Source: Myxococcota bacterium | GTDB lineage: Bacteria; Myxococcota; XYA12-FULL-58-9; JABJBS01 | Direction of reading: 5' to 3' | NCBI GenBank assembly: GCA_036339465.1 | Contig: JAYZAY010000054.1 | Coordinates: 1 to 64,000 of the forward strand | DNA length: 64,000 bases | Shown here: positions 38,714 to 47,804 of the stretch, one piece after another | Numbering within the stretch: the stretch's first letter is position 1 | Layout: each line of letters opens with the position of its first letter | The notes under the pieces: generated by a model | The model's database searches: none | Told to the model about the DNA's origin: nothing | Seen by the model: only the letters and a program-made list of their open reading frames with translations | Program-made: the position numbers and the translations under genes

Positions 38714-41700
38714 TGTTGGTCCCTATAGACGATTTTCCGAGTGTTGGGAAGAATTTCGAATAGAGTCCAAGGATTCTCATATAAGACAAAACTTGCCTCA
38801 ATATTGACCCGAGAATCATCAGGAATAGGTAGATCCCAAGACCAAGTATTGTGGCTATCACGAGCCTGCTTGAGCAACTCATAGAAGCTCCAATAGGAAT
38901 CTTGAGTCACCATGGGTTGCGGATAAGAAGGTTGACGATTTTCGACATCGGTAAATTGCGCTCCAAGTTGGGAAACATGCCGCATGGTCCAATCAAGGTT
39001 TACTTTGGATTGAAAGGGTTTTTGATTGATATTCACGAGGGAATTCTTGCCCCAACTGAGATAAACCAGAGTCAATGTGTCACTCTGACCTTTTACCATA
39101 GGGCCAAAGGGGACCGGCTCAATGGTGAATTCTAGGTCTTTGGGGTTACCCTCTGAGTCCCATAACCTTTTTGCCAATCGTGTGGTATTATTTAAGGCAG
39201 TGATCATGTCAGAGGGCAGATGAAGTCTCCGCAATAATGATGGTTTGGCCATATACTCGCCGCCCTTCAGAACCGTGACCGGAAGCACGTATTGATCCAC
39301 CAACTGGAAAAACCGACCTAAGGTGGGATGTAAATGAGCTTCGAGTTCCTGTGGGTCGACCTCTTCAGTGCCATTGTGGTCAAAAGGAAACTTTCTCAAT
39401 ACGGGTCGAATACTTGGGAGGAGGTCGTGGGCCCAAATTTTGGCGACGGTTGTTTCTAGTTCTCTGAGGCCAACCAAGTACAATTGATGGATAGGGGCTA
39501 AGAAGGGTTGCCTTAGCTCTTTTACAATGCCGACACTGTTGACCCATTGGTTCACAATGTTGAGATAGGTGCCGTCCTGCCTCATAAGGGTATCGAGGGC
39601 CTGGCTCCCCACCGGGTTTAACCGGGCTTTGAGCCCCACCGCAGTGGTTGAGGTTTCTTCTGTGGCCGAAGCTGTTTCAGTTGCTGTTAAGGTGCTATGC
39701 AACTGGTCCAAAATAGCCCGATACTTATCAAACTCAGGATAGACCCCATCGGTTCTCTTCATCACTGTATTAAAAGAGCGAAACCGAGCTAGGGCATTCA
39801 CCATAGGGTCAAAGAGCTCGGTTCTCGATTTTTCAAAATTGATATTGGTATTCTTATGCACAAATTGAAGAAAAGTTGTATAAGGTGAGACGGGCTGCAA
39901 AATTTGCTTAATTGCGACCAACAGACCTTCCACCGACCCCACATTTAGACGAAAAGAATGATAATAATTTAATGTTTGTCGAGCATACTCGGAAGCATAT
40001 GCATCCATTTTCCGATAGATAAATTGCTTTAATTCCCATCGGTCCTGTGGGGCTAAATCAACCGCCCCTAAAAGTTGGTCAAATTCCATGATGGCGGGGC
40101 GAATTTCTTTATTAAAGGCTGCGTGAGTATAAATGCCCTCTACCTGAGTTTTGCCTAGGAAGAGGGAGTTCCCATTATTGGTAGGATTTAAAACCACGGC
40201 CGAGTACTGAGTTGGATCCGAAAAAAAGGTCGAACCGTTTCGAGTGGCATTATGGTCCATAAAGGATTTGACGATGTGCCGGATCCGGCTAGTTTTCATG
40301 ATCGCATACCAATCGATATTTCGAATCATGAATTGGGTATCTTGAATTTTGAACTCCCAGCTCCTTGGTTCAGCTTCTTCTGCACTCGGATACTGTTTGG
40401 CTTGTTTGATTAGCCCAATTAAATTTGGCAGGGTTTCTGGGGGAGATTGCAAATCTATAAAGCGACTGCCTACAAAGAGCTGAAGAACGGCGCCTATTTT
40501 TTCGCTCATTTCGGGGGGCAAACTATTCTGTTGGATCTGCGGAAAGAACATTTGGTATTGCTTGGTATCGCTGGCAAAGGGCGAATCTTTTAAGAGCGTT
40601 AGAATTGTTGCACCATGTCTGAATCGCTTTGCGAAAGAAAGCTCATCTAAGAGGTCAGAACCAATGGCCTTATGTTTCTCAAGTTGCGACTTTGTGACAT
40701 ACTTATTGCGCTTAATGAGTTCGCGATAGGTTGAAAATGCCAGACTCCACTTTTCTAGATCTTCAATTCCTTTAGATTTAAAGGTCGTAGGTAGGGTTTT
40801 CTCCGAAAGTTGTCCAGAATGGGGTTCGAGAGTATTTTCGATATAGACTTTGATGAGTTCAGCGGGAAGTCCCGAAGCTTTTTGCCAATCATCCAAATTC
40901 TGAGAAACAAATAATCCCATAGCGTTACTGCTGGAAGCTCGTACCAAGCCTTGTAAATACAACGTTTTCAAGTGCGGGTCACTGGATAGTAAGGCCTCTT
41001 GGTAGGCGGGTTTGATTTTTGTTTCGAGAATAATTTTGGATGCTTCTTCTCGAATATATTCTTGAGCCACCCCAAGAAATTCAGGCACAAGAACATCTCG
41101 TGCGGCATAGGAAGAAACACCGGTAAAATTGGAAACGGATGCCAAATCCTTTGCTGCAGCATCTGTTACCTTTGAAACGTTTAAAACCTCTAGGGCCCGG
41201 TCAGCACGCTGCCACAGGTTTCTTTCGTAGGAGTACAAACCTACCAGGAGTGCGATCATCACGCCTGTCACTGCAGCGGCTAAACGGCGATGCCGCAGGA
41301 GGGGAGCATCCGCCTCTAGTCCGTAATGTTCTGAACCAGCGGCGAGAGGGTTGTTGGTATTGGAAGGATAGTCTTTTGAGGTGAAATATATTCCCCCAAG
41401 AGTGGGTAGATAAGAAAGGGATTCGGGTCTCAGAAGACTGTCTAAAACCTCTGATAGGGCTCGGAATGATTCCGGGGCCGCCTTCAAATACCGAACCACC
41501 TGTTTGAATTCGTCAGCGGTGCAACCACTGAGGGCAATGGGTAGATAGGTCCCACATTCATCAAATGCGCGCTGTATACTGCTTTCTGTGGTCGATTCCG
41601 GGTGAAGAACCGTGGGGATGGCTCGATTCTTGGTGAAGGCACTAAATTCAGCGTAGCCTTGGACTTTATCCATTCCCGTGATGGCTAGCCGCACTTCGAC

Positions 41701-42357
41701 ACAACCCCCATGGGCCCAAGAAAGGAGGTTGAGTTTCCCACGTATCCTTTCGGCGATCTTTTCCCGTGCATCGGGGGTTAACGCACCCAGCTCTTCAACT
41801 GACATCACCACCACTACAGTGGGTGGAGTATTCTTGAATAATTTTTTCCACAGACGAAGGATGGCCTGTCGGGTGGGTTTTGAAGTGTCGTTGAGAAGGG
41901 AAGCTGAGATTTCTTGTAAGACCGTTTTGGAACCCAAATAGATCTTCAAGTCGACATCTTGTTCATATTGGGTTAGGAATTGATTCGCCTGACGCTGCCA
42001 ATCGGTACTCGAGTCAATTAGCGCGGATTTCCCACTCCCCGACGTCCCTAGAACCACGATGGGCTTGAATCGTTGGAGGCTTCGCTGAAAAGTTCTGGGT
42101 ATTTCCCGTAAGAACCGATTCCAAATCCTAGTCAGTGCGTCTTTACGCATCTTAACCCCGGATATCGGTACAACTGGCCGCTCTTCGCTCGTGGTTTGTT
42201 CTTGTTTTGCCTCTTTCTTTTTCTTTCGCCAGTACCAAATACCGACAATCAATGGGATGAGGAGAATAATCAGCTTGAGTACGGCAGGATGAATCTTCAC
42301 ACCAAAGCCCTTGAGTATTTTGAAGAATGCCTTGAGTTCTTTCACGTTTCCGACCAC
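38710..42357 (-). CDS. tssM: T6SS membrane complex protein TssM/IcmF (PdpB-like)
   Basis: N-terminal TM, Walker A VVLGTSGSGKS, second TM, GIYT, KFPF, WSFYELL; 1215 aa. Confidence 0.88.
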   Translation of the reverse strand: MVGNVKELKAFFKILKGFGVKIHPAVLKLIILLIPLIVGIWYWRKKKKEAKQEQTTSEERPVVPISGVKMRKDALTRIWNRFLREIPRTFQRSLQRFKPIVVLGTSGSGKSALIDSSTDWQRQANQFLTQYEQDVDLKIYLGSKTVLQEISASLLNDTSKPTRQAILRLWKKLFKNTPPTVVVVMSVEELGALTPDAREKIAERIRGKLNLLSWAHGGCVEVRLAITGMDKVQGYAEFSAFTKNRAIPTVLHPESTTESSIQRAFDECGTYLPIALSGCTADEFKQVVRYLKAAPESFRALSEVLDSLLRPESLSYLPTLGGIYFTSKDYPSNTNNPLAAGSEHYGLEADAPLLRHRRLAAAVTGVMIALLVGLYSYERNLWQRADRALEVLNVSKVTDAAAKDLASVSNFTGVSSYAARDVLVPEFLGVAQEYIREEASKIILETKIKPAYQEALLSSDPHLKTLYLQGLVRASSSNAMGLFVSQNLDDWQKASGLPAELIKVYIENTLEPHSGQLSEKTLPTTFKSKGIEDLEKWSLAFSTYRELIKRNKYVTKSQLEKHKAIGSDLLDELSFAKRFRHGATILTLLKDSPFASDTKQYQMFFPQIQQNSLPPEMSEKIGAVLQLFVGSRFIDLQSPPETLPNLIGLIKQAKQYPSAEEAEPRSWEFKIQDTQFMIRNIDWYAIMKTSRIRHIVKSFMDHNATRNGSTFFSDPTQYSAVVLNPTNNGNSLFLGKTQVEGIYTHAAFNKEIRPAIMEFDQLLGAVDLAPQDRWELKQFIYRKMDAYASEYARQTLNYYHSFRLNVGSVEGLLVAIKQILQPVSPYTTFLQFVHKNTNINFEKSRTELFDPMVNALARFRSFNTVMKRTDGVYPEFDKYRAILDQLHSTLTATETASATEETSTTAVGLKARLNPVGSQALDTLMRQDGTYLNIVNQWVNSVGIVKELRQPFLAPIHQLYLVGLRELETTVAKIWAHDLLPSIRPVLRKFPFDHNGTEEVDPQELEAHLHPTLGRFFQLVDQYVLPVTVLKGGEYMAKPSLLRRLHLPSDMITALNNTTRLAKRLWDSEGNPKDLEFTIEPVPFGPMVKGQSDTLTLVYLSWGKNSLVNINQKPFQSKVNLDWTMRHVSQLGAQFTDVENRQPSYPQPMVTQDSYWSFYELLKQARDSHNTWSWDLPIPDDSRVNIEASFVLYENPWTLFEILPNTRKIVYRDQQ

Positions 42358-42551
42358 TTATGCAATTTGATTGAGACCACTACGGGGCACTTTTGGGCAA
42401 ACCCCGTCGCCAGCATAACCCGCTTTGCAATGGTACTCTAGAGGGGAGATTTATCAAGAAACTCGTAGGGCAAAAAGAACCAAATTCCCATTAAAAGAAC
42501 GAGGTATTCTGATGGATTTCCACTCAACCATCCAATTCAACGAGGGGCCCC

Positions 42552-43166
42552 TTATTCACCCCATTGTTTCACCAAATTCACGGTTTTTCCTAGGGAGACT
42601 TGAAGGTTCGATTTCTTTCCTTCTTGGGGAACAACTTCAAATTCCATGCGATAGACTCCAATATTGATGTTCTCGGAAATTGGGGTCGCGGTGGATTGGG
42701 TAAAAAGCTGCATCTCGCCACGGGTGGTGTTTAAGGTGGCGCTGGCTCCCGCCGAGGGTGACTTAACGTAGGCACCGTCATACCAGGAATTAACGTCTTT
42801 ATCGAAGGAGCAAATGAAGTAGTCTAGTTTCAAATTGGTATTTCGAAGTCCCTGGCTGAGTTTTGATCGGATGGAAGCACTGGTACTTGCACTTATGTAA
42901 GCAACGATTCGGATGGGGTCAAGTTCGCTCCCCCCGTATTCAAAACTCTCCATAACACCAACACATTTAATCGAAGATCCCTTTTGAACTCTCGAATCGG
43001 GATAGGGGTTCCAAACCTCGATATCCTGTTTGAGGTTCAAGCCACCACAGCCACTCCACTTTACCACATAGCCTAGGGTGGTGGTTCTCGCGGGATTTCG
43101 GTTGAATGCCTCTGGCCAATCACACTCAAATTTTATGACATTACCGTCTGCCACGGTTACTCCCAC
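42552..43166 (-). CDS. Second IglC/Hcp-like tube paralog
   Basis: Colinear with 29217-29852: CDW, T[VL]GY, DI.V..PY, C.FD, NI.I..Y.M.FEVVP, terminal WG. Confidence 0.75.
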   Translation of the reverse strand: MGVTVADGNVIKFECDWPEAFNRNPARTTTLGYVVKWSGCGGLNLKQDIEVWNPYPDSRVQKGSSIKCVGVMESFEYGGSELDPIRIVAYISASTSASIRSKLSQGLRNTNLKLDYFICSFDKDVNSWYDGAYVKSPSAGASATLNTTRGEMQLFTQSTATPISENINIGVYRMEFEVVPQEGKKSNLQVSLGKTVNLVKQWGE

Positions 43167-43347
43167 GGTGAAATACTGCGGCTCCTAAATTTCTCTGCCT
43201 CGGGGTTTGTATACCCAAACAGATCCGTTGAACAAGCTCGCTTAAACGATTGAACTTCGCAAACTACTAAGTTTTATGGACGAAGAATTAAAAAGAAGAG
43301 GTCAATTGCTCCCAAGGTACTTCGGGACAACGAGGCCAGGCACGATG

Positions 43348-43659
43348 CTAACAGGCAACCTTTGTCGGTGCCGGGTGTCGAGCGTAGGTGGGGCGGGCCG
43401 TTTTCACACTGGTTGTCCGCAAGCTTTCTGTATTGCAACCACCCAATCGCGTCACGCCCAGACGAGGCGGAATAATAGTCATACCCATGGACTGATGGCG
43501 CTTAGGAAAAAGTTTGGCAACGTGGTACACCGAAAACAACGTACCGCCATTTTGCTGATTTTTCATGGGCAAATTGCCGCGTGCGCTGTATTTTAGGAGA
43601 GTATTGAGACCAACTTTGTAGTTCTTTTTAATCTCTTTTGCCGATAGCCACAGATTCAT
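43348..43659 (-). CDS. Small excisionase/MerR-like HTH protein
   Basis: RBS GGAGG; WLSAKEIKKNYKVGLNTLLKYSARGNLP...LFSVYHV. Confidence 0.6.
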   Translation of the reverse strand: MNLWLSAKEIKKNYKVGLNTLLKYSARGNLPMKNQQNGGTLFSVYHVAKLFPKRHQSMGMTIIPPRLGVTRLGGCNTESLRTTSVKTARPTYARHPAPTKVAC

Positions 43660-43850
43660 GAGACTCACCTCCATCCCAAAAAAGAGTCATAGAGGTATTC
43701 TCCCCATGTGTCTCCGGATTGTCTAATTTCTCGCACTTATTCAGATATCTTAAAATATCGGCACATGGACGCATAAGTTGTTATAATTTATTGTCTTTTT
43801 GCGCAGGGCCGATCCAAAAGACGCGCGATGTTAGGAATAGAACTGTTTGA

Positions 43851-44729
43851 TCATTTTGGATCTGGGGATCCTTTGGGTTTTGCTGGCTCTAGTGTGGGAT
43901 CCATTGGCGGCGTTGCCTGAGGTTTGTCAGATGCAGTCTCTGCTTGTTGGGGGTCAAGTGCAGCACTTAAACCCGCGTCCTCAAACATTGAAGCCGCAAG
44001 GCGAGTCTTCCGGATTTCTTTTAAGGCATTTTTGATGCGCAACTGATTGTCAAGAATCTCGGTAGCATCAACATCAGCTGATTCTATCACTTCAAATGCG
44101 TTGTCTTTGGGTCGCATTTCGAGATAATTTTCATCACTTGTGTCTAAAACAGCACGCCTTTGTTGCAAAGTGCAGTCATAGGTAATGTGATACTGATTTT
44201 CAATAATCCGGTAAATCTGTGATTCTGGTGCCAATAGGCCAGGTTTTTCATCCAAAGGTTTAGGGATAATCCGTCGGTCCATGCTTCCCATGAGTCGTGA
44301 CATGGCATCGAAATAAAAATGCTGAAAAATGATTTCGGATTCATTGCGGCCGAAAACCTCGATTTTAAGGAGACGGCGCCGATAGAAGACGACGGTTGCT
44401 TGAGTCGTCCCTACAAATCCATCAACATCAGTGAGCTCATACTCTTCTTTTCCTATGTTGGGCGACTCTTGAAGGATTTCGATATTGCGACGCTCCTGGG
44501 CAATTTCTTTAAGCGAGGCCGGAGGGTCAGTCCTTTCCTCAGGGGAGATAAAACAGGTTCTATTTTCAGATAGCTTGAGTGAATATAAATGGTTGGTGTG
44601 GATGGCTTGTCCGGTGTATTCCTGGGGCTGAAAGAGGCTACTTCCCAATAAGAAGACGAGGGCTATAACGAAGACGGCCGCCACCACCAGCCAAAATAGA
44701 ATTTTCCAAAATTTAATTAAAGCTTCCAT
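43851..44729 (-). CDS. Hypothetical membrane-anchored protein
   Basis: 292-aa ORF with a single N-terminal TM helix. Confidence 0.7.
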   Translation of the reverse strand: MEALIKFWKILFWLVVAAVFVIALVFLLGSSLFQPQEYTGQAIHTNHLYSLKLSENRTCFISPEERTDPPASLKEIAQERRNIEILQESPNIGKEEYELTDVDGFVGTTQATVVFYRRRLLKIEVFGRNESEIIFQHFYFDAMSRLMGSMDRRIIPKPLDEKPGLLAPESQIYRIIENQYHITYDCTLQQRRAVLDTSDENYLEMRPKDNAFEVIESADVDATEILDNQLRIKNALKEIRKTRLAASMFEDAGLSAALDPQQAETASDKPQATPPMDPTLEPAKPKGSPDPK

Positions 44730-44821
44730 GAAACAATCGTAATATACAAACAGAACCAGAATTGATAATGATGTTGAAGTTTATATCTCAATAGCTTTGC
44801 TCTCAAGATTCATGCTTACTC

Positions 44822-45208
44822 TTATCTACCATCCCTGGCAAACCAATACTCGATGCCTTGTATGAGGAGGTTCTTATTGACGGGCTTGATTATCCAGGCG
44901 GTTGCACCAGCTTGACGCCCTCGCCCTGACACTACGGGGGACCCTTCGGTTGTGAGGACAAAAATGGGGGTTTTTGTGTGCAGAGGAAGCATACGAACCT
45001 CCTCAATGAGTTCCAAACCACTCATATTGGGCATATTCATATCCGTTATGATTAAATCAATGGCATCGTTGTTTCGAGCCAGGTTCAATCCATCACCGCC
45101 ATCCACCGCTTCCAATATGGTGTGTCCTACGGGCTCCAAAATATTTCTAAGCTTGTTTCTCACGACCGACTGGTCGTCCACTACCAAGATGGTCTTCGCT
45201 AACATCAA
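44822..45208 (-). CDS. CheY-like response regulator
   Basis: ILVVDD, DLIITDMNMP, VLTT, WIIKP. Confidence 0.93.
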   Translation of the reverse strand: MMLAKTILVVDDQSVVRNKLRNILEPVGHTILEAVDGGDGLNLARNNDAIDLIITDMNMPNMSGLELIEEVRMLPLHTKTPIFVLTTEGSPVVSGRGRQAGATAWIIKPVNKNLLIQGIEYWFARDGR

Positions 45209-45271
45209 CTACCCTCTTTAAATATTATGGGACCAATGACCCACTCAATTTCTTTTGTCTAGGCTTTTAGT

Positions 45272-45817
45272 CTAAGAGTCGTGTTCACATCTGGTATTGA
45301 GGGGTAAAAGCTGATGATTCAAAGACAAACTAGATTTTAGGGTTCTCAAAATTTGTTTTCCACAGATCATGCGCTTTATCGGCAAATAGAGCAAAGCCAC
45401 AATGACCAATTCCTCAATGATCCAAGCACTGGATAGCAAGGATAGGTTTTGGTCGTCATTCGCTTGTAAGAGCACCATCCGGGGAATCGGGTCTTCTTCA
45501 CAAAATTGTTCAAGAAAAGGGGCGGAAAAGTGGTCGTTGCGCATTTCAAAAGCCTTTATGAGGGAAGAATAATGCGCATCGATGGAATCGAGATTCCCAG
45601 GTTGGGCACTCAGCTGCAAGGTTTGGGGGAATTGGACGTTATCTTTCTTGTTACATTGGGCAGAAATGGCCCTCGAAGGATCACCGGACATGTCGATGCT
45701 CCCAAATGTGCTCAGACAGAGGGTGAGGGGGTAGTTTACCCACTGAGATGCTTCGGGAATGACGTGAAATTCACCGGGCAACTCCAAACAGAGTCCACCG
45801 TATTCTCGAATGTTCAT
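45272..45817 (-). CDS. Hypothetical protein coupled to the methyltransferase
   Basis: 181 aa; ATGA overlap with the upstream gene. Confidence 0.6.
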   Translation of the reverse strand: MNIREYGGLCLELPGEFHVIPEASQWVNYPLTLCLSTFGSIDMSGDPSRAISAQCNKKDNVQFPQTLQLSAQPGNLDSIDAHYSSLIKAFEMRNDHFSAPFLEQFCEEDPIPRMVLLQANDDQNLSLLSSAWIIEELVIVALLYLPIKRMICGKQILRTLKSSLSLNHQLLPLNTRCEHDS

Positions 45818-46911
45818 GCCTCTTCTTTTGCTTTTGGTGGCTGTTTTCGAGCCATTGCCAGCCGAGAAAGATATTGGATGGTGTTTCTGGCGTGGACTCT
45901 CACGTCCCAGGGAATATCCAACTCTTCCTCAACCCTGAGCGATTCACCATTGGACAATTGCAAGGCCTGAATTAATTCGAGAAAAACCTGCTCACTGGAG
46001 CCTTCACAATTGGTTCGCTGGGAATGTCCGCCCAACCATCCGGCCATGGGCGTTGCTTGGGCTGACCAGTCAAATGGCGTTGAAAGATAAAGGGGGCTAT
46101 GGACTTTCAGCACTCTCAACAATTCGTGAATATGGTTTGCCGGAGCGCTGACACAATCGAGTAAATTTAAACTCAAGGCCGCGCCCACACTGCCGCCGGA
46201 GAAAGGTAGAGCCATGGCATCACAAGCCCAAAAATCTACCCGCTCCATGCCCACTGACTTATAATGAATGTCATGGGTGTCATAAACTACCCCCACCCGT
46301 TTTCGAGGATAAGAAGCACGCCCGGTGGAGATGAGTTTCTGAGCAAATCGAAGCATCGTAAAATTTAAGTCGATTCCCAAAACCGGTTGAGCTGATTTCA
46401 CCCGAGCCGCGATTTCAAAGGTGGCTCGCCCCAATGCACAACCAACATCTATAAGCGGACTATCGAGGGGTAGTGCTTCTCGAGCAAACAACGGTTCCAA
46501 GAATGCAGAGATTGGAGACACCGAATCCGATTGATTCAAATCAAGATCAAACTCTCGATAGTGGCCATCGGCGTACGCACTTAGATAATGCCGGCCTACG
46601 TCAAATGCCGCACCGGGCCCCAAACAATCACCGATAAGCCCTGTGGTGAGAGAACCTAAGTCTTCACGCCATAATATCTCATGGGCATGTTCCGATACAT
46701 AGTCACGAAGATTGGGGACAATAATCGGAATGCCATCGATAATGGGGTATTCTGAGCGACATTCAGAATCCTCGCAAATCAAAAGCCCCTCTTCAATGCC
46801 CAAAGATGATGACTTTGACACCGACCCTATTTTCAGGGGGGTTTCTCGTTCGAAACGCTGCCGACAATTGGGACATACGGGGCGAAAAATCTCAAAGTGC
46901 AACGATTTCAT
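45814..46911 (-). CDS. Trm112-like Zn ribbon fused to a class I SAM methyltransferase
   Basis: CPNC...C....C..EYPIIDGIP; LIDVGCALGR, LGIDLN, NLLDCV. Confidence 0.85.
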   Translation of the reverse strand: MKSLHFEIFRPVCPNCRQRFERETPLKIGSVSKSSSLGIEEGLLICEDSECRSEYPIIDGIPIIVPNLRDYVSEHAHEILWREDLGSLTTGLIGDCLGPGAAFDVGRHYLSAYADGHYREFDLDLNQSDSVSPISAFLEPLFAREALPLDSPLIDVGCALGRATFEIAARVKSAQPVLGIDLNFTMLRFAQKLISTGRASYPRKRVGVVYDTHDIHYKSVGMERVDFWACDAMALPFSGGSVGAALSLNLLDCVSAPANHIHELLRVLKVHSPLYLSTPFDWSAQATPMAGWLGGHSQRTNCEGSSEQVFLELIQALQLSNGESLRVEEELDIPWDVRVHARNTIQYLSRLAMARKQPPKAKEEA

Positions 46912-46929
46912 TCCACCATTCTCCGGATT

Positions 46930-47310
46930 CTAATTGATTTTGACCGTAGGACATCCGGGCGCTTGGATCTTTCCCAAAGGGGAAGGGATGGGGGCCACAC
47001 AGGTGAGATGGGCGGTCTTATCTCCCACACGCGCTGCGGGAAGGCCGTAGATTTTGACCTTCTTTGAACCATCCACCACAAGCCCTGGTCCCCCCGGAAC
47101 ACAGGGACCCAATAGGCAAGGTGTGGTAACACTTCCGACAATCGCCGCAGGCTGGCCACCAATCAAGACATTGGGCACCCCAACGACAATGGGCAAGGGT
47201 AAGGGAGAATGGGGGACTGGGGTTGGTACTGGAGCAGGTGGGTGAATTGGCGCATGACAGTGGGGGCTGGCCTGTTTAACTAAATCACCAACTCGAGCGG
47301 CATTGGGCAT
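46930..47310 (-). CDS. PAAR domain protein
   Basis: MPNAARVGD, GQPAAIVGS, GLPAARVGD, GCPTVKIN. Confidence 0.92.
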   Translation of the reverse strand: MPNAARVGDLVKQASPHCHAPIHPPAPVPTPVPHSPLPLPIVVGVPNVLIGGQPAAIVGSVTTPCLLGPCVPGGPGLVVDGSKKVKIYGLPAARVGDKTAHLTCVAPIPSPLGKIQAPGCPTVKIN

Positions 47311-47342
47311 TTCTCACTCCAAAATTAAGCAGGTCGAAAAAA

Positions 47343-47729
47343 TTAATTGAGATGAATCATCTTACCTCGGACGCGAACCTCTCCCAGGCCTGTCACTTCA
47401 ACATCCTCACCGGCTTCCAATTTCATGGATTTCGCACTTTTCACCACGCAACCTTCCTCAGCCTCAAGGGTGATATTCTTGGCGCAGAGGTGAAGGTGCT
47501 CGCCACCTTCAAGCCGTAGTTTTGAAGAGGCTATAGCAATGGTGGGGCCAGATTCTTCCATGGTGATTTTTAGTATCACGCTTTTTTGGGGGATCTCAGA
47601 AACCATTGCTTGGGTTTGAATTTCAAGATTGAGGGTATCGCCTGGGGCAATCTCCACCCGCTGACTTCGGCTCGAAGAATCGACTTCATGAAGAATAGAT
47701 TTCTCTTTGGGTAAAATAAGAGCAGACAT
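47343..47729 (-). CDS. Short gp5-like beta-helix / spike needle protein
   Basis: Repeated beta-strands (LHLCAKNITLEA, MKLEAG), terminal VRVRGKMIHLN; directly upstream of PAAR. Confidence 0.6.
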   Translation of the reverse strand: MSALILPKEKSILHEVDSSSRSQRVEIAPGDTLNLEIQTQAMVSEIPQKSVILKITMEESGPTIAIASSKLRLEGGEHLHLCAKNITLEAEEGCVVKSAKSMKLEAGEDVEVTGLGEVRVRGKMIHLN

Positions 47730-47804
47730 CGTTCCCCCACTTTCTCTTGTGGCTGTCCCGTAGCACGGCCAAGTCCAATGGGCAATTGAGCGAAAGCAAT
47801 GTCT

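Noticed and set aside
42392..42408. Sigma-54 promoter upstream of tssM (TGGCGACGGGGTTTGC on - strand)
   Set aside because: GG-to-GC spacing is 11 rather than 10
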